DNA of 64,000 nucleotides from Rhizodiscina lignyota (Eukaryota): NCBI GenBank assembly GCA_010015805.1, contig ML978133.1, positions 186,001 to 250,000 of the forward strand, read 5' to 3'. Shown piece by piece: positions 62,293 to 64,000 of this stretch (position 1 is its first letter; each line of letters starts with the position of its first letter). The notes under the pieces were generated by a model. It saw only the letters and a program-made list of their open reading frames with translations, ran no database searches and was not told where the DNA came from. The position numbers and the translations under genes were made by a program.

Positions 62293-63654
62293 ATGACCAA
62301 AGAATCTATCGTGATCGTTGGTACAGGGTGGGCAGGCTATACAGTCTCCCAACAACTCGACAGCAAGAAATTTGACATTACCATTGTTTCACCAGAAGAG
62401 ACGAGTGCGTACACGCCGCTGTTGGTACGTTCAACCGCCTCACTCCGAGACAAGATCTGTATACTGACTCACCGCCACCAAGGCCAGTGCAGCATGCGGA
62501 CTCTTTGACTTCTCTATTGCGGAGGAGCCGGTAAGGCACAAAAGCAAAAACATTGCGTTTTACAAAGCCCGTGTGGAGAATGTCGACTTTGCCGCAAAGA
62601 CTTGCAAGTGTCGCGCAGCGTGCGAGATTGAGGGAGGCGACATGAGGGTGTTTGACGTCCCTTACGATCGCCTTATTCTTGCACCAGGGTGAGTACCATT
62701 CCGGGAGCTGTTTCAGTACTCAGTTCATATGAATAGAATAGATGCGTATCGAATACGTTCGAAACGGCCGGAGCAGCTGAGAAGGCCTTTTTTGTGCGTA
62801 ATGTCGCGGACGCCAAAAAGGTGCAGCATCGATTAAGACAGCTCCTGGAACTGGCGTCTTTGCCTGGCGTGTCGGATCAAGAACAGCGAGACCTGCTTCA
62901 CATCGTCATCGTAGGTGGCGGGCCTACTGGTGTTGAGATCGCTGCTGAGATGTCCGATCTATTCAATGATGACTTTTCCAAACTTTATCCGAATCTAAAA
63001 GGGAAGATGCGAATTACCATTCACGACACGGCGCATTTCATTCTAGGTTCCTTCGAAGAGTCGCTGAGGGAGCACGCTATCGAGAGCTTCTCCAAACGGA
63101 ATGTCCAGGTTATCACAGATTCCAAGATCAAGCAGGTCTGCATGGACAGCATTATAACTGAATCAGAGGGAGAGGTAAAGTGCGGAATGGTATTGTGGAC
63201 CGCAGGAAATAAACAATGCGCTCTTGTCGACAGTCTCAATGTGGCGAAAACGGACAGACTTCCGAGGATTCTGACGGACGAGTACCTCCACGTCCTGGAG
63301 ATCGATAGATCCCCGATGCGTGATGTCTTTGCTTTGGGCGATGCAGCGGATGTCAAGAAGTTCTTTCTCCCGACAACAGCCGAGGTAGCAGTTCAAAAGG
63401 CCGAGTATTTGGCGAACACATTGAATACCGACAACTACAGCACCCCATTTGGGTACCGGCAGAGACCCCTTGTAGCGTATATTGGTGGTCATGACGGCGT
63501 CATAAGCGGAAAGCCCGAGTGGTCAGGAAACCGCGCATGGGCGGCATGGAGGAGCAAGAATTTGTTTTGGACAAGAAGTTGGCGGCGCAAACTTATGATC
63601 ATGGCCGCCTGGTTCTTGGACTGGTTCGGTGGGAAAGAAATCGCTCGGGCATGA
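62293..63654 (+). CDS. Type II (alternative) NADH:ubiquinone oxidoreductase / pyridine nucleotide-disulfide oxidoreductase
   Basis: IVIVGTGWAG, YTPLL|ASAACG, YDRLILAPG, IVIVGGGPTGVEIAAE, LWTAG, FALGDAAD, TAEVAVQKAEYLA and AWRS. Two introns. Confidence 0.9.
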
Positions 63655-64000
63655 AGAAAAGTGATCCCACCTCTTAGATAGCTACAAGTCACGAAGAAAT
63701 CACTGGAACACATTTCTGCTATTTGGGAAGAGAGTACGTGAAAATAAGTCTAGAGATTTCATTGAATGTTACAAGGCCAACTCGGAGCCGATTGGCACAT
63801 CTTTCCTCCAACAATTTGTCCTCTTCTTCCAAATCATCCCTGCTCCCTGAAGTCAACAGCCCTCTCAATTGGGCTTTCATTCCTTCAACGACATCAAACT
63901 TGTCAATATGGTTTTGAAAATGTGTTAATAAGCGGGCCAGTGATACAAATGGTTGTGACTGTTCAATTTTTACGTAGCCCTCTCAACGTTGGTCCGCCGA

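Overview
Eukaryotic genomic DNA from a filamentous ascomycete (Pezizomycotina; Dothideomycete-like is my inference), with short GT..AG introns carrying CTAAC/CTGAC branch points. About 19 spliced protein-coding loci can be read, and I see no rRNA, tRNA, CRISPR array or intact transposon. The conserved core comprises a bHLH factor, a bilirubin-oxidase-type multicopper oxidase, IML2/TTC39, GIR2 (RWD), DNA polymerase lambda (POL4), a patatin lipase homologue, GLE1, SSD1, an Rds1-like ferritin-fold protein, a divergent hydantoinase-DUF917/NCS1 permease pair, a MYND-DUF4470 protein and a type II NADH dehydrogenase. The most striking element is at 1995-5746. Several minus-strand ORF fragments splice in frame through four canonical introns into one ~710-aa chimeric protein: Dsk2-like ubiquitin-like domain, then bZIP, then three C2H2 zinc fingers, then a retropepsin-like (DSG) aspartyl protease fold and a coiled tail. 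It sits head-to-head with a multi-pass membrane DUF6594 gene whose first in-frame ATG is only 69 bp away, suggesting a candidate protease/membrane-effector two-gene module. Other notable items are a ~2,630-aa protein with a 12-copy W-rich repeat, a small cysteine-rich secreted protein, clustered E-boxes upstream of the bHLH gene, a decayed ~270-bp duplication downstream of GLE1 and an orphan beta-propeller fragment. Family names come from motif recognition, not database searches.
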